NCBI RefSeq assembly: GCF_009914755.1 | Contig: NC_060938.1 | Direction: 5' to 3' (one strand) | Length of the DNA: 64,000 nt | Origin: the human T2T-CHM13v2.0 reference genome, Homo sapiens | In this document: in pieces, positions 47,651-62,749 of the stretch | How the letters are laid out: each line of letters begins with the position of its first letter | Position numbering within the stretch: position 1 is the stretch's first letter | The notes under the pieces: generated by a model | Database searches by the model: none | Seen by the model: only the letters and a program-made list of their open reading frames with translations | Told to the model about the DNA's origin: nothing | Program-made: the position numbers and the translations under genes

Positions 47651-49290
47651 CCAGGAGGCTGACTTCTATACGTTATGTGGACTGGTCTCCCATGTCCATT
47701 GGCATCTGGTTGGGTTTACCCCAGTGGGAGGTATTAGCAGGAGAGAGTGGTCAAGATATTTGCATTTTAGGATCCTTTCTTTCCTCTACTGAAGTTTACA
47801 GCTCCTGTTGGGTCTACCCAGAATATGGTCAAGAAGAGGTATTTAGACTGTAAAGGGTCATGTCGCCTTTGGCCTGTGATTAGTTACAGGTGTCCTGAGA
47901 TTAGGGTAATTTCATCTTCTCCCGTCCCTTTGGGCCTAGGAGTGGTGAAATCTTCTGGCTGTTATTAGCCCCAGGTGCTTCACCTTCCCTTGTAGTTTTC
48001 CCTAAATTTTGCACATACACTTAAAAATATTCTTTTTGTTAAGCTTTTTTTCAATGATTTTCTCGAGGCGATTGCCAGGACCCTCAAAAAGACAACACTA
48101 ACACTCATTTTAGGCTTGAGGCAGAGAGAGAAGAAAGAGAAGAAATTCACTATATGTTTCCATTTATGACAAGTCTCTCTGGAACTTGAAGATTATTGTT
48201 TAAAGACAGTTTACCAATTCCAAAGAAAAACATTATTATATGGCTAAGTTTTCAATTATTAAATATGAGATCTTTAGCAAAGCTTTTAGAAAGAATTATG
48301 TTCCACTTTTTTTCTGATTCAAAGCAAAGAGATTTTTCATCCTTTCCTCAGAATATATAGTGAACATTATTTGGACACTATTCAAAAGAAACAGAAGGCA
48401 AATCAGAGGAACAACTTCTTTATATTGATACATGCTTTTTACATTAAAATTAAAATCTATCAAAGAATCACTCAGTTGCTATTGTTGCCTTTTTTTAGTA
48501 TAAAACTTTAGCATGCCATCCGTTTCCAATGAACCCCTTTTCCCCATCATAATACATCAAGTTTCGTTAACCATACATTTTTTGCTGAATACGTACTTCA
48601 TTTGAAGTCTGTTTTAAGTAGGCTCTGCATGTGGAAAGTACCTGTTTTGCAACCCCTTCTCAGAGTTTCATTTTTTTGTTTTATATCTACTGTTTAATAT
48701 GACAAATGCTCCAAAAATATTTATAACACCTATTCGTACTTTTCTCACTCTAAAAATGTTTAAAGAGAAGATTCAAGTTTCTTTTTGCCCTAAAGATCAT
48801 TATGGGATGGGCTCCTAATAGGCCCAACGTGGAGAAAATTCTGAGTTATTTTTGGTCAAAGAGGTTTACACAGAAGCCAGCTCTGAATTACTTCTAACGA
48901 GAAGAGCAAGGCTCCTGTTTTCGCCTGTCATTTATCTTCTCTTGCCTTACTCTTTTCTCCTATTTTGCTTTTTCTTATCTCTCACTTTAAATTTTTCTCT
49001 CCCTCTTGATGCAAAGCTATATTTTCCTTTCTTTTTCTGTGCATTTTCCCATCCTATTTCCCTTCTTTCTGTCTCTACATTATCTTAAGAGAGCACAAAT
49101 CATTTACAGCTTGATCCACTCAGCCCGAATCTTTTCCACTTTGATTCACAAACTTCTATTTCTTCTCCTTTGAACCCCTAATTTGCTCCCTATGTCCCTC
49201 ATGGAGCGTGTAACCATCCAAAGGTTGGCCCAGGGATAAGGCCAGGAAGCACCAGCTGCTTGACAGTAAAGTCGCTGGTCCTACGTGTGG

Positions 49291-49304
49291 GCTCTAGGGG
49301 GCGA
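49291..49304 (+). promoter_or_regulatory. CTCF-like motif upstream of TRAV3
   Basis: GCTCTAGGGGGCGA, ~280 bp before ATG in a CpG-retaining promoter; GC-box cccgccc at 49554-49560. Confidence 0.55.
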
Positions 49305-49581
49305 TGCAGTGTAAGGTCTGTCCTGGGCATAGGCGGAGCGGCAGTCTTGCTCCTCACAGAGCTTTGAGGAGCTGGATCAAAATTGTGCTCCACAGAGAGA
49401 AGATACCGGTGTCGGGAAGCACCAGTGCCCTGAGGAAGGGCCATTTCCAAAAGCCCTGTGCTGACACAGGGTTGCTGGTTCCTCTTCAAGAGCCCACTCT
49501 CTGGGGTGGGGCCATATCTCCAGCAGAGGTGGGCTGGAAAGGACCCCCCCAGTCCCGCCCGCCGTGAGCTTAGCTGGAGCC

Positions 49582-50014
49582 ATGGCCTCTGCACCCATCT
49601 CGATGCTTGCGATGCTCTTCACATTGAGTGAGTAATATCCCCTTCCCATTTTCCACTCGCATGATCCACTTACATGCTCTCCAGCAGCTTCACTGATGCA
49701 GCATGATTAATTTACAGGTGGGCTGAGAGCTCAGTCAGTGGCTCAGCCGGAAGATCAGGTCAACGTTGCTGAAGGGAATCCTCTGACTGTGAAATGCACC
49801 TATTCAGTCTCTGGAAACCCTTATCTTTTTTGGTATGTTCAATACCCCAACCGAGGCCTCCAGTTCCTTCTGAAATACATCACAGGGGATAACCTGGTTA
49901 AAGGCAGCTATGGCTTTGAAGCTGAATTTAACAAGAGCCAAACCTCCTTCCACCTGAAGAAACCATCTGCCCTTGTGAGCGACTCCGCTTTGTACTTCTG
50001 TGCTGTGAGAGACA
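49582..50014 (+). CDS. TRAV3: T cell receptor alpha variable 3 (intact allele)
   Basis: Leader exon 49582-49627 ([15 protein letters not shown]), 90-nt intron, V exon 49718-50014 ([10 protein letters not shown]...[15 protein letters not shown]...LYFCAVRD); no frameshift. Confidence 0.97.
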
Positions 50015-50053
50015 CACACTGATAGGGGCTGCAGGGGGAGCAGAACACAAACT
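50015..50053 (+). other. TRAV3 23-RSS
   Basis: CACACTG + 23 nt + ACACAAACT. Confidence 0.95.
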
Positions 50054-50306
50054 CTTGAGTCTGGTAAAGCCCATTTTCTTGAAGTCTTTGTTCCTTCACA
50101 TGAGAACGGTGTGCTTCCAGGATATGTCACTTATTATGTTAAACTACAATTTAAAACCATAGAATTTGCTCATTCAGCAAGTGTTTATTGAGTCCTGATG
50201 TGCCAGGTACTGGGCAAAGCACCGGTCATAAAAAGGTGAAAGAAGTGTAAAACAAATAGAAAAAAACATAGGGGAAAATTACCATGACATTGGTCTGGGC
50301 AAGAAG

Positions 50307-50426
50307 TTCCTTCCTTCCTTCCTTCCTTCCTTCCTTCCTTCCTTCCTTCCTTCCTTCCTTCCTTCCTTCCTTCTTCCTTCCTTCCTCCCTCCTTCCCTCC
50401 CTGCCTCTCTCTCTTTCTTTCTTTCT
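50307..50426. repeat. (TTCC)16 microsatellite plus pyrimidine tail
   Basis: Perfect units 50307-50370. Confidence 0.95.
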
Positions 50427-51682
50427 GAAAAGGGGTTTATTTTCAACAGACATTTCTTTTTATACCGAGGTGAAATGTCATCATCATAATAATTTTGCAA
50501 TGTTACATACCCTGTTGAGACCATTAAAAAATTAGGTTCATGGTATACACGTCCAAGTTTGTTACAAAAGCATATTGTGTGATGCTGTGGTTTGGGCATC
50601 TATTGATCCTGCCACCCGAAGAGTGAACATAGTACCCAGGAGAAAGCTTTTCATCTCTTGTGAGCAAGGAATTTTTGGATATGACCCCAAAAGCACAGGC
50701 AACAAAAGCAAAAATAGACAAATGGGGCTATATTAAACTAAAAAGCTTCTGCACAGCAAAAGAAACAATAAATAGAGTGAAGGGAAAGCCTATGGAATGG
50801 GAGGAAATATTTGCAAACTCTACATCTGATAAGGGGTTAATATTCAAAATGTTTAAGAAGCTCACATACCAAAAACATCCAAATAACCTGATTAAAAAAT
50901 AGGCCAAGGAACTGAATAGTCGTTTCTCAAATGAAGGCATAAAAATGGCCAAGAGGTATATAAAAAATGCTCAACATCATTAATTATCAGGAACGTGCAA
51001 ATTAAGACCACCATTAGATATCACCTCACAACCTATTAGGTTGGCTATTATCAAAAAGACAAAAGATAACAACCATTGTTGAGAAGGTGAAGAGAAGGGA
51101 ACTCTTCCACACTGCTGGCAAGAACGTAAATTCCATAATGTGCAACCATTATGGAAAACAGTAGGGAGGTTTCTCAAAACACCAAAAATAGAACTACTGT
51201 ATGATCCAGCAGTCTCACTATTGGGCATATATCCAAAGAAAATGAAATCAGTATGTTAAAGAGATATCTGCACTCTCATGTTTATTGCAGCACTATTCAC
51301 AATAACCAAGATATGGAATCAATCTAAGTATCTATACTTAGATGAATGGATAAAGAAAACATGGCATATAAACACAATAAAATACTATTCAGTCTTATAA
51401 AAGGAAGAAATCCTGCCATTTGTGACAACACAATTGAGCCTGGAGGACATTATGTCAAGTGAAATAAGCCAGGCACAGAAAGACAAATACCACATAATCT
51501 CACTTATTTGTGTAATAAAAAGGTTGAATTTATCGAAGCAGAATAGAATTGTGGTTACCAGAGGCTTGTGAGGGGAATGGAAAGGGATTGGAGAGATGTT
51601 GGTTAAAGGACACAAAATTTTAATTAGATAGGAAGAATAAGTTCAAGATATCTACTGCAATGGTGACTATAGCTAATAATAA

Positions 51683-51994
<312 letters not shown>

Positions 51995-54900
51995 TGCAAC
52001 AGAAATTTCTAAAAATTGCTGAAAGTAGATTTTAAGTGTTCTTACCACAAAAAGGATATGTATGTGAGGTAATGCAGACGTTAATTAGCTTGATTTAGCC
52101 ATTCCACAATGTACACATATTTCAAAACATTATGTTGTATACCATACATATATACAATTTTATTTGTCAGTTTAAAAAAGAATTGAAAGAAGCTATCTTT
52201 GATCTCTATGTGCCAGGTGTGTTTCCAAACATTAATGAACGCATTTAATTCTCACAAGTATTATCATCAGCTTCACTTTACAGATGAAGAAGCAAAGTCA
52301 CAGAGAATTTAAGTATCTTGCTCAAGTCACAAAGTTAATAACTGGTAAATTGCAACCCAGGCAGTGTGTCTGTAGGGCACATGGTCCAACTACTCCACTC
52401 CTCTGCCAGTCTATAGGCTTCTTGGGGCAAGAGACTGATTTTGGTGATGGTGTAGCCCTAACTCCAGAAAGGGTCGCTGTCGGAAAAGTGTTGGTTATAT
52501 GAATGAACAATACACTGACACTCTAAACAGTTTGGTGTGTGCCAAGATAGAGAATTCAAAAAATGCTCTATGAGATGAGGATATAGGAATAGCTTAGCTG
52601 TGAAAGAAGACAGAAGCAGTCTGTAATGGGAGGAGAGTTTGAATCAAGGAAGGGTATAAACGTGTAGTTCTTATAAGGATAGTTGCTTACGGTTCCTATG
52701 TTCACATCTTCCTTATGCTCTTGAGAGGAACTGGACTTAATGCACTTTTCTCTCTTTATCTTTTCCCAAATTTGAGTGTCGTGGGAAGGGCTCTGTTTGA
52801 CTCAGTGTGAGTTAGGTGGCTTTTCCTTGGACTAATCAGTGGTGGCCATGGGTACAGGCTGCTTGGATTAGCCCAGCTTGGCTTCCACCTTTGGTGGCTG
52901 GGGGTGGGAGTGAGGATTCTGCAAGTTAGCAGCTCTATTTTGAACTGCCTGGTTAAAAGGAGTATGTCCCCAAATAGGTTAATTTTTACACAGGGATCTA
53001 CATCTGTTTATTTTTTCCCCCAAATGGATAGCCAGTAGTTCTTACACCACCTCCTGAAAAATTCACTTTTGCCCCATAGATTTGAAATACCATATTTATA
53101 GTACATTAAATTCCTAGATATACTCAGATCTACTTTGAACTCTTGATTTTTATAGTTTTGTGCTAGAATGTGCTGCTTTAGGGAGATTCACCCTGCAGCC
53201 TTTGGTTTGTACCTTGTGATTTACCAGCCTTCTTTTCCTATCCTTCAATCCATCACATACCTTGAGAAGCCTTATACACAAGGATGTGGACACCTTAGCC
53301 CACATGTCTACAGTCCAGGCAAACAGTGATCTTTTGGCCACCCATTGGGCCTAGAGTTGTGTACACAGGTGGGATATCTGCTTCTGGGAAGATAATCCTT
53401 GAGATAGGCCCATGCAGATCTTAAAAGTGTGTTTGGGGATGTTTGTGCAGGGAATTCTGAAATCCTAGTACCCAGAATATGGTCAAGAAGAGGTATTTAG
53501 ACTCTAAAGGGCTATGTCTCCTTTGTCCTGTGATTTTCTCACAGGGAAAGGGATAAGAATAGCTGAATAATAGCTGGGGTGGAGGCACAGAACTCTGAGC
53601 AGGGACGTCACTTGCTCAGGTCTAAGGGTGGCAGTGTTCTGTACCATTACTGCCAAAATACATTTGTATTCATGAAACCATGGTATCTGTTTTAGATTTA
53701 AGTATACAGTTGCCATAACTCTAGGTAAGCTCTCAGCCACCATCACTGTTTTCACTCCAAAGGAAGTTCATGTCCACAGGGATATTTTTATCACATTACA
53801 CCATTGACCTGGCTGTGTGGCCTGTTTCTGCCTTTGATACTTATAAATACAATTTATGCAAGTCCTGCAAAGGAAAGAAGTCTTTCTATACAATTATGAT
53901 GTATTTATTCATTTAGCTATTCACTTATTCACTCAATGATTATTTGTGGAGTTTTGACTATGTGCTTGGCATTGTTATCATCCCTGAAGATGCAGTGGTG
54001 AACAAATCTTTCCCTCCAGTCATTCCCCAGGCTGCACACGTGTTCATATCACTTCCCTACCCAAACAGAACTACTTCTTAGTCAAAGAGATACAACTCTC
54101 AAGATGATTTCCTTCTCAGGAAAATTCTCCAAGGTTAAGCTAAGCCTTAGATATTAATCTTTTGTCATGTGGTAGTGATTGGTGGTGGTGGTGATGGGAG
54201 GGGAGTTATGTAGGGAAATGAGAATCTATATTTTCCCCCTTTTTTAAGGTGGCTCAGAGGGAACAACTATGTCTTTTTAGAAGTTCTGTTTTGACTTAAA
54301 GAAAAGTTAGTCTAGCATTCCTTTTTCCTGTTTGTTGGGAAATACTCCTTATAAACAGATAAACTTCAGGAAAAATGAGAAATTCTGGAAAACTTATCTT
54401 CATAAGGTTTATTTTTCTCCCCCCTTTTATATCACTTCAAGAACTTTGTGGAAAGAGAACTGAATTAAGAATTAGGGAGCATAGGTTGTTTCTGATTCTT
54501 CCTCTAAGTAACTATGTGACATTGGACATGCCATTTCTACTCTATGTGCCTCATCTCTTAATTAATGAAATTGAGATAACTGGAAGGATTGTTGTGAGGA
54601 TTGCTTTATGTGTGACATATGTCTTGGACCCCAAATAAGAGTGGGTATTTAGGTGGGCAGAGCAATCAGATACCTAAGACACCAACACTGTGGAGCCCTT
54701 ATAACTGCCCTGAACTGCTGACATTTGAACTGTATCATGATAAATTACTTTATTTTGGCCTTTGTTACATCAGTTGGCCCTGTATTCTAATTTAATCTTC
54801 GATACCTGAAAACTGCTTTCAGAAAAGGAGCTAATATTATCTATGTACATTGTAGTTAAGTTGCGTTTAAGCACCAACTTAAAAAAGCTATTTGTGGAAT

Positions 54901-55840
54901 CACAGCTTTTGTCCTTGAAATATACTTTTAAGCATTTTAGAGAAAGTAAAGGTAGGGAAACACGTTTTGGGGAAGAAAAGTTGTCCTGGTTTTGCTGAGA
55001 ACAGTATGTAGACAGTCATCTTCTCATCCATGTGAGAATCTGTCTCTGCCTGGATACAAGGGAGACACCTCTCCCTGCAGTCTTCCCATGCTACATTCAG
55101 TCCTCCCTCCTCTCATCTTTCCCTGATTGTGTAGTGAGTTTCACTGGGTTCTCTGAAAGAATCTTTGAATTCCATTCTAATTCTCAAAAATTGTGCTTCT
55201 GTGATATGCAAGAGTTGGTGGGGTTCCACCATGAATTCCAGGAGAGGCCATAGGTAAGCTGTGGTCACTTGCTGTCATCAGCACTGCAGGGATCCCACAC
55301 ATATCCTGCAAAATGCCTCCTTCTGCAGTATAAGTAATGAACAAGTATTAAGTAAAGTGATATTTCATTTAACTATTAAATTAGCAATTGTAAACTATAT
55401 AAACAATATTGACAAAGAGTAAATGGGTACTGAAGTGTACTATTGATGGCATAAACTCATATGATGCTTTTGGGAGGCAATCTGGCAATCTTCACTGTGT
55501 CTCTTTTCTCACTTTTTACTTGCTCTTTTACCCACTGAAGTGTGGTTTTAACTTCCACCATTGGCCCAAACTATTCTTGCCAGGGTTAACAACAGTTTCT
55601 TGGGTTACATCCAATGAATGATTGATTATTCCCTCTTTGAAACCTGGTCCTCTTTCGGTTTCTGGTATACCACTTTCCCTTTAAAAAAAAAGTTTGAGAG
55701 CTGATTTTCAATAGATCACAGTGAGGGAGCTGCTCTGCTATGTGTGAAACCCCAGCCTACCTCTTTCTTTTTGATGTTCTTATATCTTTGGCTGAACCTG
55801 CACTGTCTTTTTTCATGGGCTTTTCTTCTGCTCACTCTTT

Positions 55841-57880
<2,040 letters not shown>

Positions 57881-58594
57881 TCCCAAGACTCTTAAAATGT
57901 TCTTACACGAATCCAGGAAATCCTCTTTGCAGAAGCTAGTCTAAATAAATAATTGGAAGTTTAGACAAAGATTTATGTACAAAGGTTTTTATGATAGTAT
58001 TCTTTCTAAAATCCAAATGTCTAATACTAAAGAAATTGGTAAATAAGTTATAGCACATTTGTACCATGGACTATGTTGAGGCTATTAAAATTGGATTTTT
58101 ATGTATACTTGTTGACAAAAAAAAAGTTTGGAAAAGAATATTAAGTTGAAAAAACCTCCAGCATGTGCAAATGTGTGTGTGTTCATGTGCACACAATTCA
58201 ATTGTGCTAACAATAGTCATGCAAAAACAAAGGATTAAAAAGCGGTATGCCTCAATATTATCAATGATTTTTTCTGGGATATGGTATTACACGTGATTTT
58301 AAAACACTTTCCTATATTTTCCAAATTCTGTATTTAGAATTCATTATTCTTCTAACCAGAAAAAAAATCCCACTTAAAAAGAATTTAAAATATCCCTCTT
58401 GTAGTTGGCTATTGCTATAGGGCGTGGTTTTCTTTCATAACCTTAGGAACTTTCTAAAATTTGCTTTAACAATGGTCTAAATTTTTTATTACAATATACA
58501 TAAAAAACAACATTAATGTATGTGATATGCTCCTATGTGTTCACCCAAATACTTTTGAACACCAAAAAATGTTTTGCAAAGGAGTATATATATA

Positions 58595-58651
58595 TCAGTT
58601 AAGGTTCTCCAGAGAAGCAGAACTAATAGGATGTCTATCTATCTATCTATC

Positions 58652-58701
<50 letters not shown>

Positions 58702-59072
58702 ACATAAATATTTATTGGAATATGTATATTTATTGGAATATACGTGTAATTATTGGTTATATATAAATCTTGGTCCAAGTCTAAAGGCTCAAGAATCAGA
58801 AGCACTGATGTTAGAGGGCAGGGAAGATGGATGTCCCAGCTCAAGGAGAGAGAGAAAAGTTGTCCTTCCTCTGCCTTTTTGTTCTATTCAGGCCCTCAGT
58901 GAATCGGATGATGCCCACCTGCATTGATTAGGGTAGTCTTTACTCAGTCTACCAGTTGAAACGTGAATCTTTTCTGAAAACACCCTCACAGACACACCCC
59001 ACAATAACATTTTACCAGCCACCTGGGTATCCTTTAGCCTAGCCAGGTTGACACATAAAGTCAACCATCACA
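58595..59072 (-). mobile_element. MLT2 LTR containing a compound (TCTA)n STR
   Basis: 'ggttctccagagaagcagaactaatagga...gttgacacataaagtcaaccatcaca'; (TCTA)4 TCA (TCTA)12 at 58634-58700. Confidence 0.85.
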
Positions 59073-59112
59073 ACCTACTTAACATATAATATATAATATA
59101 ATTATTAGCACC

Positions 59113-59550
59113 ATATATTAGTTTGCTAAGGCCGTGGTAACAAGAGGCCACAAACTGGGTGGCTTAAGCAACAGAAATGTATTGTTTCACAGTTCTGGAG
59201 GACAGGAGTTCAAAATCAAGGTGTTGGCATGGTTGTTTCCTTCTGAGGGCTGTGATGGAAGGACCTGTTCTACGCCTCTGTTCTTGGCTTGTAGATGGCA
59301 TCTTCTCCCTGTACCTCTTCAAATTTTTCTTCTATTTTTGTCCATCTCGGTGTCCATATTCCCCCTTTTTGTAAGGACACCAGTCATCGTTCACCAGTTT
59401 GGATTCGAGCCCACCCAAATACCACATTTTAACTTGATTTCCTGTAAAAACTGTTTCCAAATAAGGTCACCTTCTGAAGTACTAGGGATTTGAACTCCAA
59501 TATGCATATATATTTTTTGGGTGGGAGGAAAACACAATTCAACCCACAAC
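59113..59550 (-). mobile_element. MLT1 LTR
   Basis: 'ccacaaactgggtggcttaagcaacagaaatg...tttccaaataaggtcac...acacaattcaaccc'. Confidence 0.8.
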
Positions 59551-59663
59551 ACACCACTACCATCAGTAATTACTTTCATTCCATAGGCTGAGGGATAGAA
59601 AAACTTCCAGTGTTTCTACCTCCAGTTGCCTGGTATCCAGTAATATTCTCCAAAGTGAGGTAA

Positions 59664-60059
<396 letters not shown>

Positions 60060-60386
60060 CATAGTTTGTATTTTTATAGAACACTCTCGTTTAGAAATAA
60101 CTTACTTATGTTCATTTAATCCTTATAATCTCTGTTGCCGAGATGAAGAAATTGTGTCTCTCAAATGGTGATTTGAACAAAATCTCACAGCTATCAAATC
60201 CAAAGGATTGTTTCAATTCAGTGTGTCTAACTTATCACTCAGTGTTTTCTTCCATAACTGAAAATAGACTTCATAGTCCAAACCAAGCTCTCTGCTATTG
60301 CGTTTACAAAGAAATGTGACGTTCCATAAATTGTGCCGATCTGAGACCTACTGACTTGTGTGAAACATTTTTTCTGAGTATAGTTA

Positions 60387-60400
60387 CCACAAGAGGTCGC
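60387..60400 (+). promoter_or_regulatory. CTCF-like motif upstream of TRAV4
   Basis: CCACAAGAGGTCGC inside a small CpG-retaining patch (60300-60420), ~1.55 kb before ATG. Confidence 0.5.
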
Positions 60401-60795
60401 TGTTGCAACGAGTTGCGTTTAAAGGGTAACCCATTTATTTTCATTTCTGTACAAGGTGTTCTAGTATCTTCAGGTCCCTCATAAAAACATCTTTGCTCCT
60501 TCACTTGTTACTGAGGAAAGCCTGGTTATTTATTTCATGACCTGTGATAGCTCCTCTGTCAAAATGTTACTAGAAGCCATCAACACTCACTGATTTTTTT
60601 TTTGCATGGGAAAATGGAAAAATTGCTGATTCAGAATGCTTTCGGCAATTCTAGACCTAGAAGAGGCACCTCCCAAATATTTTCCAGTGATTTTTTTCAT
60701 TCCTATATTATAAGAGAAAAGAACTCAAACAACATACCACTATCTTTTCCATATTAATGTGAGTATGTAACAGGTTTTGTTTCTAGCATTTGGCT

Positions 60796-60851
60796 GATTC
60801 AATGAGTACTACTGTGTCTTTTGGATTCAATGAATACTACTGTGTCTTTCG
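60796..60851 (+). repeat. 28-bp tandem duplication
   Basis: gattcaatgagtactactgtgtcttttg / gattcaatgaatactactgtgtctttcg. Confidence 0.9.
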
Positions 60852-61946
60852 GCTCTTTTCCTGAATGGCTTTATTTTTCTTTTCAGTTTTTGTGCTTCTG
60901 TTATAGGATTTATACTAATTATTTCCTGAAGGAAGTGTGTACAGTAACTACAAAAAATTAGATATATAATCCTACACGACTGCCTTCTACTAGCCATGGT
61001 ACTCTGCGCTCTGAATCAGATGAGAAGAAAGGGAAAGGAACTATAATTTACTGTTGACTACGTGCCACAGATTGAAACCCTGAAATACATATTATTGTTC
61101 CCATTTTACAGATGAAGAAACCAAGACTCAGAGGAGTGAGCTGCCTGAGGTCACAAGGTGGCAGAGTTGAGATTTAGATTTAGATCTGTCTGACACAGCC
61201 TGTGCCTTTTCTTCTTGTTCACCTTACCTCCTCCTTGGTTAAGTGAGTGATTCCAGACCAAATGTCCTATCCTAGCTGGTCAGCAGGGACTAATGAGAGG
61301 TTTGTTCCTCTGTTTAATATCTGTTACACAGGGTCTGAGAAGAAGGTATTAGTTGTGGACTTAGTGGGATTATAAATGATCCCAGGGAATCAGGAGATGG
61401 AATGTCCAGTCCAGACTGCCTCATTTGCTCTTTCTTGGAATAGGATTAGGAATCCCTGTTTCTTCTTGGCTAAATAGGGGTCAGTGGAGCACTGCAGGGC
61501 ATAAAGTAACAAGTCAGGCAGGTTACACTTAGACCATGACTGTCAATGAGTCCATGAGTGTCAGACCGACTACAGTACATGACCACCCTCTCGGGCTGTG
61601 GAAAGTAATGTAATGGGGAATAGGAGCCCAATGTAATCTACCTTCTCATAGCTTTGCCTCATTTGGACCAAATCTTTAAGGGATTAGACCTCTGCAAAGA
61701 TCTAAAATGAAATTCAGGCTGCTGTGCTTCAGTACCAGCAGTTTTCACTCCCTACTCTTCTTGGGGCTTTAGCTGAACTTTGAGGGGAGCCCTGCTCTGA
61801 GGAGCTGCTGCCCTGCTATTGGCTGCTGTACTGGGGCAGCCTGAGTGACAGCTGCTGGTGTGGGCCCTGGCAGTTGCTGCTGGGCTCATTGCAGCTCAGA
61901 CACAGCAAAAGAGCCTAGAACCTGGGTCCTAGTTTGCACCTAGAAT

Positions 61947-62710
61947 ATGAGGCAAGTGGCGAGAGTGATCGTGTTCCTGACCCTGAGTGAGTTATTTTGG
62001 GATGAAGAGGAATAGGATCTGGGCCTGATGATGCTGGAAAGGAATCTGGAACTTTGCCTGCTAGCAGTTGCTCTTTATCCAAGATGTAGAGGGATAGCTT
62101 CAGGGTTCCATTTTTCTCCAGGCAGCTCCTGAGCATTTATGTGAGATGTGTCTCAGGGCAGCAAAGATTTTCGGGGTTTCTAATCCCTAGGGTCTATCCA
62201 TGGGAGGGAGATAGTAAACCTGACACTTCTGTGTATGCCTGGGATAAATATTTTTGTACTGAAACATAAATGAGAAGTAAATTGTATGTACATGTATATG
62301 GCAGGGAAGTAGAGCGTGGGGATGGATTTGACTGTGAGAGGGAACCGTGGGGCTACTGAGTGGGACCGTCTAACTTACCTTGCTTTCAGGATAGGGGCTA
62401 GGATTGTGTTTTACTCCCATAGGTACTTTGAGCCTTGCTAAGACCACCCAGCCCATCTCCATGGACTCATATGAAGGACAAGAAGTGAACATAACCTGTA
62501 GCCACAACAACATTGCTACAAATGATTATATCACGTGGTACCAACAGTTTCCCAGCCAAGGACCACGATTTATTATTCAAGGATACAAGACAAAAGTTAC
62601 AAACGAAGTGGCCTCCCTGTTTATCCCTGCCGACAGAAAGTCCAGCACTCTGAGCCTGCCCCGGGTTTCCCTGAGCGACACTGCTGTGTACTACTGCCTC
62701 GTGGGTGACA
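61947..62710 (+). CDS. TRAV4: T cell receptor alpha variable 4
   Basis: Leader exon 61947-61986 ([13 protein letters not shown]), 436-nt intron, V exon 62423-62710 ([36 protein letters not shown]...YYCLVGD). Confidence 0.97.
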
Positions 62711-62749
62711 CACAGTGAGACAGATGGGCCTGCACCTGTGCCGTTTTCC
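62711..62749 (+). other. TRAV4 23-RSS with non-consensus nonamer
   Basis: CACAGTG + 23 nt + CCGTTTTCC. Confidence 0.85.

Noticed and set aside
50226-50599. KEGR/PSFL repeat proteins
   Set aside because: Translations of the (TTCC)n microsatellite
60796-60851. TACTACTGTG (YYC-like) as a V pseudogene end
   Set aside because: Part of a 28-bp tandem duplication; no Ig framework or RSS
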